From assembly GCA_039630575.1 (NCBI GenBank), contig JBCNUW010000027.1:275-21213 (forward strand): DNA of 20,939 nucleotides, given 5' to 3'. Made by a program: the position numbers and the translations under genes. The notes beneath the pieces are model-generated. The model was given only the letters and a program-made list of their open reading frames with translations. It was not told where the DNA came from and made no database searches. This stretch comes from Candidatus Hydrothermales bacterium. GTDB taxonomy: Bacteria; Hydrothermota; Hydrothermia; Hydrothermales; JAJRUZ01. Every line of letters starts with the position of its first letter. Position 1 is the first letter of the stretch. Of the stretch, positions 19,863 to 20,939 are shown one piece after another.

Positions 19863-20939
19863 TTAAACCTCTTATAAAGTCTATTCTCAACTTCTTTCAA
19901 TTTATTATAAACTTCATTTTTTAATTTTTCAAAATCATTTTCACTAACTGGGATTTTATTTTCAAAGAGACTTTTTTGAACTAATTCATAGCTTTTTGAT
20001 CTTTCCAATCCTTTTTTTATGAAGTAATATAAAAAGCTTTGCGAGAAAAGTTCTTTTTCATATTTCATTAAGTTTTCTCTTAATCTATCTTTGTTTATTA
20101 CTAAATTTTCCAGCATATGAATCATCTTATCTAAAATGTAAACTGTTATATGAGATAAGTCAGGGAAAATTATTCTCTCTACTGATGAGTGAGATATATC
20201 TCTTTCATGCCACAGTACTGCATTTTCAAGTACTGGAAAAAGATTCCCTCTTAAATATCTTGAAAGACCACAAATTCTCTCCGAAATAATTGGGTTTTTC
20301 TTATGAGGCATACTGGAAGATCCCTTTTGACCTTTTTCAAAGGGTTCACTTAATTCTTGAATTTCAGTTCTTGATAAAAGCCTAATTTCTGTTGCAATTC
20401 TCTCAAGAAAAAGTCCTATTAAAACTAAAGAGAAAATAAAAATAACGTGTCTATCTCTTGGAATTATTTGAGTTGAAATAGGTTCAACCTTTAGACCCAA
20501 TTTCTTTAAAACAAATTCCTCAACTTCAGGTGGAATATGTAAATAATTTCCAACTGACCCTGAAAGTTTACCAAAGGATACCTCTCTTAACGCCTCTTTT
20601 AATCTTTTTTCATTTCTTTTAGCCTCAGATAAATAACTTAAAAATTTATGAGAAAGTGTTATAGGTTCAGCAAACATTCCGTGAGTTCTTCCTGCCATGA
20701 AAACACTTTTATTTTCCTCTATTTTCTCTAAGATTACGTCCTCTAATTTTTTTATTCTTTCTAAAACTATTTTTAGTGTTTCTCTCATTTGGATAGAAAG
20801 GGTGGTATCTAAGAGATCTGAAGATGTAAGTCCATAGTGAATATAAGTTGATAACTCCTTACCTACTTTTTCCTCAAGTACATCGACGAAGGCAGCTACA
20901 TCATGATTTGTTATTTTTTCTCTTTCTTTAACTTCTTGA
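19859..20939 (-). CDS. purB: Adenylosuccinate lyase (5'-truncated by the window edge)
   Basis: The frame is open past 20788 to the edge (TNHDVAAFV, IHYGLTSSDLLDT). Also GRTHG..AEP, STQIIPRDRH, GSSSMPHKKNP, WHERDISHSSVER. Confidence 0.96.
   Translation of the reverse strand, partial: QEVKEREKITNHDVAAFVDVLEEKVGKELSTYIHYGLTSSDLLDTTLSIQMRETLKIVLERIKKLEDVILEKIEENKSVFMAGRTHGMFAEPITLSHKFLSYLSEAKRNEKRLKEALREVSFGKLSGSVGNYLHIPPEVEEFVLKKLGLKVEPISTQIIPRDRHVIFIFSLVLIGLFLERIATEIRLLSRTEIQELSEPFEKGQKGSSSMPHKKNPIISERICGLSRYLRGNLFPVLENAVLWHERDISHSSVERIIFPDLSHITVYILDKMIHMLENLVINKDRLRENLMKYEKELFSQSFLYYFIKKGLERSKSYELVQKSLFENKIPVSENDFEKLKNEVYNKLKEVENRLYKRFK

Overview
AT-rich bacterial window with Lys/Glu-rich proteins (suggests a thermophile, possibly FCB/WOR-3-like; inference only). 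Every credible gene lies on the minus strand, packed into a tightly coupled superoperon. In transcription order: purB (partial), TM-GAF-GGEEF cyclase, pilD (apparent CTG start), UbiE/MenG-like methyltransferase, deoC, hypothetical, ligA, recR, mglB, mglA, cinA, pilB-1, pilB-2, pilT, class III nucleotidyl-cyclase-like protein, atypical GAF-GGDEF, HU, bS22-like 30-aa protein (missed by the ORF track), YfcE-like phosphoesterase, priA. A separately promoted secreted protein (partial, also missed by the track) follows. Main candidate novelty: a type IV pilus motor locus with two MshEN-bearing PilB ATPases and the MglAB polarity switch. In it the usual pilC slot after pilT holds a cyclase-like gene, which overlaps a GGDEF gene lacking the guanine-specifying Asp (Hypr-like, possible cGAMP synthase). 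Separately, a tRNA T-arm-like motif GGTTCAAAYCC sits in all three internal intergenic gaps longer than 20 nt. No CRISPR, rRNA, tRNA or mobile element was seen.
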